DNA from: an uncultured Christensenellaceae bacterium
GTDB lineage: Bacteria > Bacillota > Clostridia > Christensenellales > DTU072
Length of the DNA stretch: 64,000 nucleotides
Reading direction: 5' to 3'
Assembly (NCBI GenBank): GCA_964613035.1
Contig: CAZTFQ010000007.1
Location: 8,409 to 72,408 of the forward strand
Below the pieces are notes generated by a model, which was not told the origin of the DNA, did no database searches, and saw nothing but the letters and a program-made list of their open reading frames with translations. Within the stretch, counting starts at the first letter, position 1, and each line of letters begins with the position of its first letter. Of this stretch, positions 26,647 to 36,249 are shown piece after piece. The position numbers and the translations under genes were made by a program.

Positions 26647-27825
26647 ATGAAAAAGCAATCTAAAATAGCATTAACGCTGATTATAACGGCGGTGCTGATT
26701 ATCGCGGTGTCGCTAATCGTAATTTTACAAGACGTCACGATAGACGAGGGAGTCGGAGAACTTAACGGTCGATACGGGACCGTTATCGCCGATATAGACG
26801 GGATAAAAGAAGCCAATCCGCGCTTCGTCGACATCGCGATGCTCGGCTCTCACGACGCCGTTACGGATACTATCGACAGGTCCGCTCCCATAGATTACAA
26901 CGATAAGGATAAAGCTCAGGGAGTGCTGGATCCGTTGATAGGGGGTATTTCATATCGCTATGCGAAAACGCAGACCGTCGATATAACTCGACAGCTCGGA
27001 CAAGGGGCGAGGTTCTTTCATATCAAATGCACCGATTACGACGGAGAATGGTACGGCGCTCACTCCCATCTGTGCGGCAAGATGAGCGACTATATCACGC
27101 AATTGTTGAAATATCTGGCGTCCGACGAGGCGAAGGGAGAAATAATCGTCTTGTTGTTCCAGATCACCTATTTCGGCGAAGGTCGGAATCTGGATACGTT
27201 TAACGAATTTTTGTTGCAGACGACGTATGACGGGAAGTCGATATTCGATTACGTCTATATCGACGACGCCGACTCGTTCGACGAAGGAGACGGCGGAACG
27301 AGAGTAGGGGACTTAAGATATCGCGATTTGACTTTAGACGGCTCCGCCCCGGGAGCGGTGATTTTTTATCGCAGAGAATATGGTAAGTTTAAGCCCGAGT
27401 GGGAAGGTAAAGGAAAATTGACAAAAAAATGCTTCGATATGGACGCCTGCGCCGTACACGATTGGCATAACGGCATAGGAGAAGAGCGACTTATCGAAAA
27501 AATCAACGCCTCTTGCGATAAAATAGCCTCCGACGATAGTCTTTTGAGTAAGTTTAGGCTCAATCAGGCTCAGGCGTCGTTCGCCGTGCACGGAGCGGGA
27601 GAGTTCTTTTCGGTCATAGGGTCGTGGTCTCTCATACGTTTCGCGACGTCGTACAACGCGGCTCTTCTCGATAACGAAAATTTCGATAAATGGCTATCGG
27701 CAATGCCTGTTTTTCAAGTGGATTTTTGTAATAGCGACCATTATGATTTCAATAACCGCGTCAACGAAAAAATCAGAAAATTTAACGTCGATTTAGTTGA
27801 AAGCATACTTAATTATAAATATTGA
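26647..27825 (+). CDS. Secreted or membrane-anchored PI-PLC-like (PLC X-domain) phosphodiesterase
   Basis: Probable start ATG 26647 (MKKQSKI...) with an N-terminal TM/signal. MLGSHDA and TQ..DIT.QL..GARFFHI match the PI-PLC X-domain pattern (catalytic His in SHD). Confidence 0.65.
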   Translation: MKKQSKIALTLIITAVLIIAVSLIVILQDVTIDEGVGELNGRYGTVIADIDGIKEANPRFVDIAMLGSHDAVTDTIDRSAPIDYNDKDKAQGVLDPLIGGISYRYAKTQTVDITRQLGQGARFFHIKCTDYDGEWYGAHSHLCGKMSDYITQLLKYLASDEAKGEIIVLLFQITYFGEGRNLDTFNEFLLQTTYDGKSIFDYVYIDDADSFDEGDGGTRVGDLRYRDLTLDGSAPGAVIFYRREYGKFKPEWEGKGKLTKKCFDMDACAVHDWHNGIGEERLIEKINASCDKIASDDSLLSKFRLNQAQASFAVHGAGEFFSVIGSWSLIRFATSYNAALLDNENFDKWLSAMPVFQVDFCNSDHYDFNNRVNEKIRKFNVDLVESILNYKY

Positions 27826-27850
27826 CACGGCGAAAATAAAAAGTTAAAAT
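27822..27850 (+). promoter_or_regulatory. sigmaA promoter for the esterase/alpha-galactosidase genes
   Basis: TTGACA (27822-27827), 17 nt, TAAAAT (27845-27850). Confidence 0.7.
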
Positions 27851-27933
27851 GGACTTGTCGTGCGAAGGTCGGACCTATAACGCATATCGCGTACCGACGT
27901 TCGCAGAAAAACATTCAGACAGGAGACGGCGTC

Positions 27934-28764
27934 ATGATAATTGAAAAAATCGATCTTTATAACTATTTCGGCATAAAAAAGGGCAACGTGAGCGGAGGAT
28001 ATCTCAGTACGTATTCCAGAGATTATCAAACCGAGATTAAGCGCAAGGTGCGTCCTGCGGTGCTGGTAATTCCGGGCGGAGCGTATACTATGGTTTCCGG
28101 CAGAGAAGGAGAGCCCGTCGCGCTCGGATTTTTGAACGAGGGCTATTCCGCTTTCGTCCTCGATTACAGCGTCAACGTCCCTTACCCGATCGCTTTTAAC
28201 GAAGCGCTCATGGCATTGGCTTATATCAGAGAAAACGCCGATAAATACTTTGTGGACGTAGAGCATATAGTCGCGATAGGTTTCTCCGCGGGCGGGCATC
28301 TTACGGGAACGATCGCGACCGCAACGGAAGAAGAACTGAAGAGCGTCCCGTTTTCCGTATCCAAGCCCGACGCTGTCGTCTTGTCGTACCCCGTCGTCAC
28401 TACGGGGGAATTCACTCACGAGATGACTAAAAACATCATCTCGGACAACGAGCGTATCGACCTCGAGAAGCTGTCCGTAGAGAAGAGAGTCGACGGAAAC
28501 AGCGTCCCGGCGTTCATTTGGCATACCTACGAGGACGGCGGCGTATCCGTAGAAAACTCCCTGATGCTAGCCGAGGCGTACAGAAAAGCGGGAGTGCCGT
28601 TTTCGCTGCATATTTTCGAGAAGGGTTGGCACGGACTCAGTGTCTGCAACCGCGAGACGGCAGACGATTCGCCCGAACACTTCGCGCTTGCGCACGTGAG
28701 CAAGTGGCTGGAGCTGGCTATCGATTGGCTGAGAACGAGAGGCTTCGAAGTAAAGAATATCTAG
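27934..28764 (+). CDS. Alpha/beta hydrolase (carbohydrate esterase/lipase-like)
   Basis: PAVLVIPGGAY, nucleophile GFSAGG, LSYPV, WHTYED..V, HG (catalytic His). Confidence 0.9.
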   Translation: MIIEKIDLYNYFGIKKGNVSGGYLSTYSRDYQTEIKRKVRPAVLVIPGGAYTMVSGREGEPVALGFLNEGYSAFVLDYSVNVPYPIAFNEALMALAYIRENADKYFVDVEHIVAIGFSAGGHLTGTIATATEEELKSVPFSVSKPDAVVLSYPVVTTGEFTHEMTKNIISDNERIDLEKLSVEKRVDGNSVPAFIWHTYEDGGVSVENSLMLAEAYRKAGVPFSLHIFEKGWHGLSVCNRETADDSPEHFALAHVSKWLELAIDWLRTRGFEVKNI

Positions 28765-28773
28765 GAGACGATT

Positions 28774-30951
28774 ATGATAGAATATATCGAGTCTAAGAGA
28801 GCGTTTTTATTGAGCGGTAAGGGATATTGCTATGCAATGTACGTCAATCGGGCGGGCTTTTTGCAACAGCTGTATTACGGCAAGCCTATATCCGTAGGCG
28901 ATCTCGATATGCTGATATCCGTACACGGAATATCCGCGTCGCCCGATCCCGACGATATCAATTACGAGACTTTTACCGACAATATGCCTAGCGAATGCGG
29001 CTGTTTCGGCAAGGGAGATTATCGCCCTTCGACGGTTATAATCAATCGCGTCGACGGTGCGTCGATGAGCAGACTTAAGTATCTTTCTCACAGCGTGACC
29101 GCCGGTGCGCTCGACCTCGGCGACCTGCCTCATACGCGCAGCTGCGACGAAACGCTCACCGTTATATTGAAAGACGACCTTTCCGATACGGAAATAGCTC
29201 TCAATTATTCCGTAACAGCCGATTCTCCCGTTCTGGTACGCAATCTGGTCGTGCGTAACGTCGGAAAAGAGCCTATCGACCTTAAGAAAGCGTATTCTTT
29301 CTGCTTGGATTTACCCGATTCGGGCAGATATTCCGCGATGAGACTTGCCGGCGGCTGGGCTACGGAACGTACCCCCAAGGTTACGCCTTTGACGGACGGT
29401 ACCCTCAGAGTAGAATCTGCAGTGGGGTTTTCTTCCCACAGAATGAATCCTTTCTTAGGGATACTAGTAGACGATTGCAATGAAGACGGCGGCGAGTGCT
29501 ACGGCTTTAATCTGTTGTACAGCGGTTCCTTTGCATTGATAGCGGATACGTCGTATCAACAGCGTCTCCGTATCTGCGGCGGAATCAACGATACGATGTT
29601 CTCCTGGCACTTGGAATCGGGGGAAGAATTGGTTACGCCTCAGGTCGCCATGTGTTATTCGTCGGGCGGTCTGGGAGAAATGTCCAGAGGATATCACGAC
29701 TTTTTCCGCGATTATATAATCAATCCTAAATTTGCCTATAAGCATCATCCGATAGTCATCAACAACTGGGAAGGGACGTATTTCGACTTCGACAACGATA
29801 AGCTCTTCGCAATAATCGACGCGGCTAAGGATACCGGCATAGACACGTTCGTCTTAGACGACGGATGGTTCGGCGCGCGTAACGACGACAAGAGAGGCTT
29901 AGGCGACTGGTACGTCAACGAAAACAAGCTCCGCGGCGGACTTAAACCCGTCATCGACAGATGTAAACGTAACGGACTTAAATTCGGTCTCTGGTTCGAG
30001 CCCGAGATGATATCCGAGGACAGCGACTTGTATCGCGCGCATCCCGACTGGGCTATCAAAAAGGACGGCGTCGAGCCGTGCCGTTGCCGCAATCAGCTTA
30101 TACTGGACTTCACCAGAGCGGAAATCGTCGACTATATATTCGAGACGGTCTCGAAAATTCTCGGAGAAAACGATATATCTTACGTCAAATGGGACAGAAA
30201 TAAGGAGATGACGGAATTTTTCTCCGCGTCGCTTTCCTCCGACCGCCAGGGAGAATTCGTGCATAGATATACTCTGGGGTTCTATAACCTCGCAAGAAGG
30301 CTTCAGGAGGCTTTTCCCGACGTGTTTTTCGAAGGATGTGCGGGAGGCGGCGGAAGATTCGACGGCGGCGCGCTGTATTACTATCCTCAGATATGGACCA
30401 GCGACGACACCGACGGACTGGAGAGAACTAAGATTCAGTGGGGTACTTCTATGTGCTATCCCGTGTCGAGTATGAGCTGTCACGTCGCGGCTTGTCCCAA
30501 TCACCAGACGGGACGTACGACTCCGTTCTCAACCAGAGGCGCCATAGCGTCTCTCGGCTCTACGGGATACGAGCTGGACCTCGCCAAGTTGACGGAAGAA
30601 GAAAAGCGTCTGGTCATAGAACAGGTCGCCGCTTATAAGAGAATAGAAGAGCTTGTGATTAAAGGAGACCTCTTCAGAATTTCGGATCCTTTTAAGAGTA
30701 ATTACTTCTGTGAAATGCTCGTCTCTAAAGACAAGTCGAGAGCGTATCTCGTATGCGAAAGATTCCGCACGACGCCTTGCGAGCACGATATAGTGATGAA
30801 GCTAAAAGGTCTCGACGAGAACAAGACCTATATAGTCCTGCAGTCGGGAGTTAAAGCGACGGGAGCCGCTCTTATGAACGTCGGACTTCTCTATCCGCGC
30901 CTCTTCGATTGCGAGAGCGTTACCCTCAATCTGGAAGAAGCCTCCGACTAG
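28774..30951 (+). CDS. Alpha-galactosidase, GH36
   Basis: NNWEGTYFDF, FVLDDGWFG, GDW..N..K, FGLWFEPEM, YVKWD.N, EGCAGGGGRFD, WTSDDTD, HVAACPNHQTGR, GYELDL. Confidence 0.96.
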   Translation: MIEYIESKRAFLLSGKGYCYAMYVNRAGFLQQLYYGKPISVGDLDMLISVHGISASPDPDDINYETFTDNMPSECGCFGKGDYRPSTVIINRVDGASMSRLKYLSHSVTAGALDLGDLPHTRSCDETLTVILKDDLSDTEIALNYSVTADSPVLVRNLVVRNVGKEPIDLKKAYSFCLDLPDSGRYSAMRLAGGWATERTPKVTPLTDGTLRVESAVGFSSHRMNPFLGILVDDCNEDGGECYGFNLLYSGSFALIADTSYQQRLRICGGINDTMFSWHLESGEELVTPQVAMCYSSGGLGEMSRGYHDFFRDYIINPKFAYKHHPIVINNWEGTYFDFDNDKLFAIIDAAKDTGIDTFVLDDGWFGARNDDKRGLGDWYVNENKLRGGLKPVIDRCKRNGLKFGLWFEPEMISEDSDLYRAHPDWAIKKDGVEPCRCRNQLILDFTRAEIVDYIFETVSKILGENDISYVKWDRNKEMTEFFSASLSSDRQGEFVHRYTLGFYNLARRLQEAFPDVFFEGCAGGGGRFDGGALYYYPQIWTSDDTDGLERTKIQWGTSMCYPVSSMSCHVAACPNHQTGRTTPFSTRGAIASLGSTGYELDLAKLTEEEKRLVIEQVAAYKRIEELVIKGDLFRISDPFKSNYFCEMLVSKDKSRAYLVCERFRTTPCEHDIVMKLKGLDENKTYIVLQSGVKATGAALMNVGLLYPRLFDCESVTLNLEEASD

Positions 30952-30987
30952 TCGGCGACGGTGCGAAAAAAAGTTAAACAGGTTGTT

Positions 30988-31015
30988 AAAACGCTTGAGA
31001 AATCGAGCGTTTTTT
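30988..31015 (+). terminator. Intrinsic terminator after GH36
   Basis: AAAACGCTTGA-GAAA-TCGAGCGTTTTTT. Confidence 0.8.
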
Positions 31016-31069
31016 CGTATTAATAGGACGATTGAAAAGAAAAATTTAAGTTTTTATTAAAAAGCGATA

Positions 31070-31099
31070 TTGACTTGTTAAGAGATAATTGTATATAAT
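31070..31099 (+). promoter_or_regulatory. sigmaA promoter of the enoate reductase/aconitase X operon
   Basis: TTGACT (31070-31075), 18 nt, TATAAT (31094-31099). Confidence 0.6.
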
Positions 31100-31132
31100 A
31101 TTCTTATCAACCTTTTAAGGGAGTTTTTGCGT

Positions 31133-33187
31133 ATGAAACAAGAGTATCAATCATTATTCACGCCTTGGAAAATAGGCAACTGCGAGATTAAAAACCGCAT
31201 CGTTATGACTTCTATGGGTGGCACGTCCATATTCGGCTGGATGGAGCCCAATCATTTCGACGAAGAAGCCGCCCGCTTTTTGCTCGAGAGAGCCCAAAAC
31301 AACGTCGGTCTTATCCTACCCGGCATCGCGCCCATAAGAGATATCCTCTTAGGCAAGTGGCTCTATCAGGGCAAAGGAAAGTTTAAGAAACTGAAAGCCT
31401 TCATGGAAGAATTTCACAAGACGGGAGCCAAACTTTTCGTTCAATTGACGGCGGGATTCGGCAGAAGCCTCGCCATCAACGATATTATGATTAAAGCTAT
31501 CCACAACAAGACTCTGGGCAAGGTTCTTAAGCCCGTTTTGGACGTGGATTATCTGACCGCCAGCGCGTCGCGTACCCCCAACAGATGGGATAATACTTGC
31601 TGGTCGCGTCCTCTGACCGTAGAAGAAATACACGAGATGATAGAAGCCTTCGCCAAGACGTCCCTTCTTTTGAAAGAAGCCGGCGTGGACGGTGTGGAAA
31701 TACACGCCGTGCACGAAGGATACCTCATAGATCAGTTCACGATGAGATACACCAATCTCCGTGACGACGAGTACGGCGGAAGTTTCGAGAATCGTTATCG
31801 CTTCCCCGTAGAGATAGTCAAGGCAATCAAAGAGCGTTGCGGAAAGGACTTCCCCGTCTCTTTACGTTACTCCGTTTTGTCCAAGACGAAAGGTTTCCAG
31901 GAAGGCGCTCTTCCCGGAGAAGAGTACGTAGAAGTCGGCAGAGATATGGAGGAATCGGAAAAAGCCGCCAAATATCTCCAGGACGCCGGTTACGATATGC
32001 TCAACTGCGACAACGGAACCTACGACGCCTGGTACTGGGCTCATCCCGCGCCTTATATGCCCGACAACTGCAACTTAGAGGACGTGGAGCATATTAAGAA
32101 GTTTGTCGATATTCCGGTCGTGTGCGCGGGCAAAATGACCCTCGACGCTGGTGCCAAGGCGGTAGGAGAAGGCCGTATAGACGCAATGGGCGTAGCGAGA
32201 CAATTCCTTACCGATCCCGAGTGGATAACCAAGCTTCTCGACGACGACGAAGAGTCCATTCATCCTTGCATACATTGTCACAACGCTTGCTTCAATATGG
32301 CGCATTACGAGGGCGTAGGCAACGATCAGTCTCTATCCGACAACGCCGGTATGGCAAGATGTGCGCTCAATCCTATGACGATGCAGTCAAAGAAATATAA
32401 AATCGTCCCCGCCAAGAAGATTAAAAGAGTTGCCGTTATCGGCGGCGGCATAGGCGGTATGGAAGTAGCCAGAGTCGCTACGATGAGAGGTCATAAGGTC
32501 ACTATTTACGAGAAGAGCTCCGTCCTCGGCGGCGTGTTCATCGCGGCAGCCGCACCGTCCTTTAAGGATAAGGATAAAGAACTCATCAAGTGGTACGAGA
32601 AGGAGATGAAAGACCTCGGAATAGAAATTAAGTTTAATACCGAGATAAAGGACGTCGATTCTCTCGACGCGGACGTCGTGGTCGTGGCAACGGGGTCCGT
32701 TGCGAGAAAGCTTCGCGTAAAAGGCGGAGAGAAGGCGATTGAGGCGTGCGATTATCTGCTCGGCAAAAAAGAAGTGGGCGACAGAGTAGTCGTCATAGGC
32801 GGCGGACTTACCGGCTGCGAAATGGCTCTCGACCTCTACAATAAGGGTAAGACGCCTATAATCGTCGAGATGAAAAACGATCTCGTCGCGGTCAAGGGCG
32901 TGTGCCTCGCCAACTCTTCATACCTCAGAGACTTCTTTAAGCTACACAAAGTGGACGTCAGACTCAATACGGGCGTCGCGGAGATCACCGACAACGGCGT
33001 CATAGTGGTGGATAAAGACGGCAATAAAGAGCTCATAGAGGCGGATTCCGTCGTGGCAAGTATCGGTTATATTCCCGCTCCGATCGCGGAAGGCAAAGGA
33101 AAAGTCAAACTGGTCGGCGACTGTAACGGCATAGGCAACCTCCGCACCGTCGTATGGCGCGCGTGGGACGTTGCGATGAAGATTTAA
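31133..33187 (+). CDS. Old-yellow-enzyme/Fe-S/FAD oxidoreductase (2-enoate reductase / 2,4-dienoyl-CoA reductase-like)
   Basis: ATG 31133 after AAGGGA. IKNRIVM, HAVHEGYL.DQF, DEYGGSFENR.RF, Fe-S motif CIHCHNAC...C, two GGGxxG FAD/NAD motifs. Confidence 0.9.
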   Translation: MKQEYQSLFTPWKIGNCEIKNRIVMTSMGGTSIFGWMEPNHFDEEAARFLLERAQNNVGLILPGIAPIRDILLGKWLYQGKGKFKKLKAFMEEFHKTGAKLFVQLTAGFGRSLAINDIMIKAIHNKTLGKVLKPVLDVDYLTASASRTPNRWDNTCWSRPLTVEEIHEMIEAFAKTSLLLKEAGVDGVEIHAVHEGYLIDQFTMRYTNLRDDEYGGSFENRYRFPVEIVKAIKERCGKDFPVSLRYSVLSKTKGFQEGALPGEEYVEVGRDMEESEKAAKYLQDAGYDMLNCDNGTYDAWYWAHPAPYMPDNCNLEDVEHIKKFVDIPVVCAGKMTLDAGAKAVGEGRIDAMGVARQFLTDPEWITKLLDDDEESIHPCIHCHNACFNMAHYEGVGNDQSLSDNAGMARCALNPMTMQSKKYKIVPAKKIKRVAVIGGGIGGMEVARVATMRGHKVTIYEKSSVLGGVFIAAAAPSFKDKDKELIKWYEKEMKDLGIEIKFNTEIKDVDSLDADVVVVATGSVARKLRVKGGEKAIEACDYLLGKKEVGDRVVVIGGGLTGCEMALDLYNKGKTPIIVEMKNDLVAVKGVCLANSSYLRDFFKLHKVDVRLNTGVAEITDNGVIVVDKDGNKELIEADSVVASIGYIPAPIAEGKGKVKLVGDCNGIGNLRTVVWRAWDVAMKI

Positions 33188-33197
33188 GGAGATTATT

Positions 33198-34469
33198 ATG
33201 GAACTGACTAAAAATCAACAGGAAATATTAGACGGCTCTCAAGGCGAGGTCATGGCTAAGATTATGAAGACTCTCGTCATGTACGGAGAGACTTTCGGCG
33301 CGACCAAAATGGTCCCCGTCACGTCTACCTACGGACATATTGTGACGAGCTTCGGCGTAATCGTAATCAAGGGCGTGTTCGACCTCATGGACAGACTGAT
33401 AGAAGCAGGAGTGACTTCCAAACAGAAGTTCTCCGCAGACCCCAGACCCGTCGATAAAAACGTGCCTAAGAATCTTCTTCAGGATATCGTATTCAAGGTT
33501 ATGTACGGTCCGCAAAAGAGATACGAGAAACAGCTTAAAGCTCTCGGACTGCTCTCCGACGACTCTTTCACCTGCGCGTGTTATTTCCCTGAAGTGGGCA
33601 ATCGTCCTAAAAAAGGAGATATCCTCTCCTGGGCAGAATCGTCCGCGGTCAATTACGCCAATTCAGTACTGGGCGCCAGATGTAACCGTAACTCGGGAAT
33701 AATAGAATTGTTCGGATCCATAGTCGGCTACGTGCCGTACTTCGGTCTCCTCACCGACGAGGGTAGAAAAGCGAGCTGGATTGTGGAGATCAAAACTTCA
33801 AAGAAGCCCGAAGCTCAGCTCCTAGGCTCCGCCATCGGAATGAAGGTCTTAGAGGACGTACCGTACATTAAAGGACTCGACAAGTGGATAGGCACGGAGC
33901 TCAACGACGAGGCTACGTCCTATCTTAAGGACTTCGGCGCGGCGACCGCCTCCAACGGTTCCGTAGGTCTATATCACGTGGAGAACCTCACCCCCGAAGC
34001 TGTGGAGATGGGCGAAAAACTTATCAAAGAGGATGCCAAAGTCTTCGTTGTGGATGACCAAACTCTCGAAAACGTTAAAAACTCTTATCCCGTCATTTGG
34101 GAGAACAAAGAAGCCAAGCCCAAGCTCTGCTTCATGGGATGTCCTCATATGACTCTCGCTCAGCTCAAGGATTGGACTCATCGCCTCGAAGAAAAACTCG
34201 AGAGCAAGGGCCGCAAGAGAGTGACGATTAAGACGGTCTTCACGTCGGCTCCCGCGGTCATTAAAGAATTTGAAAAGACCTCCGAGTACGCTCGCCTCAG
34301 GAAGATGGGCGTAGTGGTGTCCTATATATGTCCTCTGATGTATATGAACAACCCCCTGTGCGCCAAGATGCCCGTCATCACCAATTCCAATAAGCTCCGC
34401 ACGTATACTTCGTGCAGATACTATAGCGACCAAGAAATTCTCGATCAGATTACGGGAGGTAACAAGTAA
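33198..34469 (+). CDS. Aconitase X large (catalytic) subunit, DUF521-like
   Basis: FTCACY, WAESSAVNYANSVLGARCNRNS, GLYHVENLTPE, GCPH, YICP: the conserved AcnX pattern with three Cys ligands. Confidence 0.88.
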   Translation: MELTKNQQEILDGSQGEVMAKIMKTLVMYGETFGATKMVPVTSTYGHIVTSFGVIVIKGVFDLMDRLIEAGVTSKQKFSADPRPVDKNVPKNLLQDIVFKVMYGPQKRYEKQLKALGLLSDDSFTCACYFPEVGNRPKKGDILSWAESSAVNYANSVLGARCNRNSGIIELFGSIVGYVPYFGLLTDEGRKASWIVEIKTSKKPEAQLLGSAIGMKVLEDVPYIKGLDKWIGTELNDEATSYLKDFGAATASNGSVGLYHVENLTPEAVEMGEKLIKEDAKVFVVDDQTLENVKNSYPVIWENKEAKPKLCFMGCPHMTLAQLKDWTHRLEEKLESKGRKRVTIKTVFTSAPAVIKEFEKTSEYARLRKMGVVVSYICPLMYMNNPLCAKMPVITNSNKLRTYTSCRYYSDQEILDQITGGNK

Positions 34470-34906
34470 TGGAAAAGATTTTTTCGGGCAGAACGGTAGT
34501 CCCCGGGACCGTGACGTTAAAAGCACTGGTATCGAGAGAAGGTTTCAATACGCTGGCTTCTTTCAAAGATTGCTCCGAGGGTAAAAATATTTGTACGGAC
34601 CAGAACAATCGCGACCTGTACGGAAAGTCCACCGTGGGAGTGGCGCTGTGTCTTCCTCAGACCATAGGCTCCACTACGGGCGGTATGGTGCTGTACAATT
34701 CCGCCGTGATAGGATGCAATCCCGGCGCGATGTTATTCTCCAAGCCTATCGATTCTCTGGCGGCTGCCGGTGCGATTTTGGCTTCCGTTTGGACTCCCAA
34801 CAACATCCCCACCGTGGACGGACTGGGAGACGAATTCCTCGCGTACGTTCAGGACGGCGACGAGATAGAGATAACTTCCGACGGTAAAGTCATCGTCAGA
34901 AGATAA
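34469..34906 (+). CDS. Aconitase X small (swivel) subunit, DUF126-like
   Basis: V.G.ALVS, L.LP..IGSTTGG, DSLAAAGAIL, IP.VD, GDEIEI; translationally coupled (TAATG) to the large subunit. Confidence 0.85.
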   Translation: MEKIFSGRTVVPGTVTLKALVSREGFNTLASFKDCSEGKNICTDQNNRDLYGKSTVGVALCLPQTIGSTTGGMVLYNSAVIGCNPGAMLFSKPIDSLAAAGAILASVWTPNNIPTVDGLGDEFLAYVQDGDEIEITSDGKVIVRR

Positions 34907-34930
34907 ACCTTCGACTTAACTAAAACGGAC

Positions 34931-34962
34931 CTCCGCGGCGAGTATCGTCGCGGAGATTTTTT
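34931..34962 (+). terminator. Intrinsic terminator
   Basis: CTCCGCGGCG-AGTAT-CGTCGCGGAG-ATTTTTT. Confidence 0.8.
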
Positions 34963-35019
34963 ATATCGCCAAAAGGGAAATAAAACAGTAAAAAATCAAA
35001 GCGAAATTTTTTCATCCCG

Positions 35020-35047
35020 TTGACAATCGATTTTCAAAAAATATAAT
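35020..35047 (+). promoter_or_regulatory. Consensus sigmaA promoter
   Basis: TTGACA (35020-35025), 16 nt, TATAAT (35042-35047). Confidence 0.75.
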
Positions 35048-35087
35048 TATTTTTGTGGACGATCGTGTCTTAACGGGGGTGAAACAT

Positions 35088-36248
35088 ATGAGAGTTACCA
35101 AGACGTTTTTGATGCCCGATTATTATACGTCTTTTAAGTGTAAGACGGGAGAATGTCGTCATTCTTGCTGTGACGGCTGGCAGGTTACTTTTTCGCTGGA
35201 CGACTATTTCAGACTGGAGAGCGAGGAATGCGGCCCCGCGCTTAGAGACCGTATCGACAGAGGTGTGAAGATATCCCTTCACCCGACGCCCGAGGCGTAC
35301 GCCTACGTCGGTCGCGATTATTACGGCAATTGCCCGATGAGACTTCGTGACGGCAGGTGCGCTATTCACGCGGAGCTGGGCGAAGACGCTCTTGCCACGG
35401 TGTGTAGATTGTATCCGAGAGGGATAAGGACTCTTCCCGACTACGAGTGCTCTATGGCGAATAGTTGCGAGGGCGTGGTCGAAATGCTTCTCGACAGAAA
35501 AGATTCCGTTAAATTTATTAAAAACACTCTGACCGCGGACGTGCCGCCGTACGGTAGAAGAGCGTATAACTTCAAGACGTACGGTCGAGAGCAAGACGTC
35601 AGATTGAAATTGATATCTTTATTACAGGACCGCACGCGCCCTCTGAGCGCAAGAATAACAGCCCTCGGCAGAGCATTGGAGGACCTTTCCCGCGCGGTCT
35701 GTTCCGACGACGAAAAAGAGACCGAAGAATTTTTATCCGCGACTTATTCTGCGACTCCTTTAACCGATACGGTGACTAAGGAAGGTCTCGCGGAAGGACT
35801 GAAAACGGCAGAGGCTTTTTTAGAGCTTGTAGACGAGGACAGCGAAAGCGTCCGCGAATACGGCGAGACCGCTCTCGAGTATTTTTCGGACTCTTCCTTA
35901 GAAAGATATTACGCCGCGAAAAAGCTCTTCGAGACGACTGTTCCCGAGTGGGAAAATTGGTTCGAAAATCTCCTCGTCAACCATATGTTTTTTCAGCAGT
36001 TTCCTTTTCAGGACAGACCCGACACCCCTCTCGACGAATATATCGCGATATGCGCTATTTACGCGATGATGAGATTTTTGTGTATCGGCTCGGCATATAA
36101 AATTTCCGATCGGTCGGATGCGGTCGATATCGTTGCGGCGTTGTTCAGACTGGTCGACCATACGGACTTCGACAGATACGCCTCGGGACGCCTTAAGGCT
36201 CTCGGATGCGACACTCTCTCGGAACTCTTCGATTTGATATTGCTGTAG
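35088..36248 (+). CDS. FliB-like (flagellin lysine-N-methylase family) Cys-rich protein
   Basis: ATG 35088 after GGGGGT. PDYY..FKC..G.C.HSCC.GW.V, CP....G.C.IH..LG...L..VC..YPR, FENLLVN..F. Confidence 0.75.
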   Translation: MRVTKTFLMPDYYTSFKCKTGECRHSCCDGWQVTFSLDDYFRLESEECGPALRDRIDRGVKISLHPTPEAYAYVGRDYYGNCPMRLRDGRCAIHAELGEDALATVCRLYPRGIRTLPDYECSMANSCEGVVEMLLDRKDSVKFIKNTLTADVPPYGRRAYNFKTYGREQDVRLKLISLLQDRTRPLSARITALGRALEDLSRAVCSDDEKETEEFLSATYSATPLTDTVTKEGLAEGLKTAEAFLELVDEDSESVREYGETALEYFSDSSLERYYAAKKLFETTVPEWENWFENLLVNHMFFQQFPFQDRPDTPLDEYIAICAIYAMMRFLCIGSAYKISDRSDAVDIVAALFRLVDHTDFDRYASGRLKALGCDTLSELFDLILL

Positions 36249-36249
36249 A

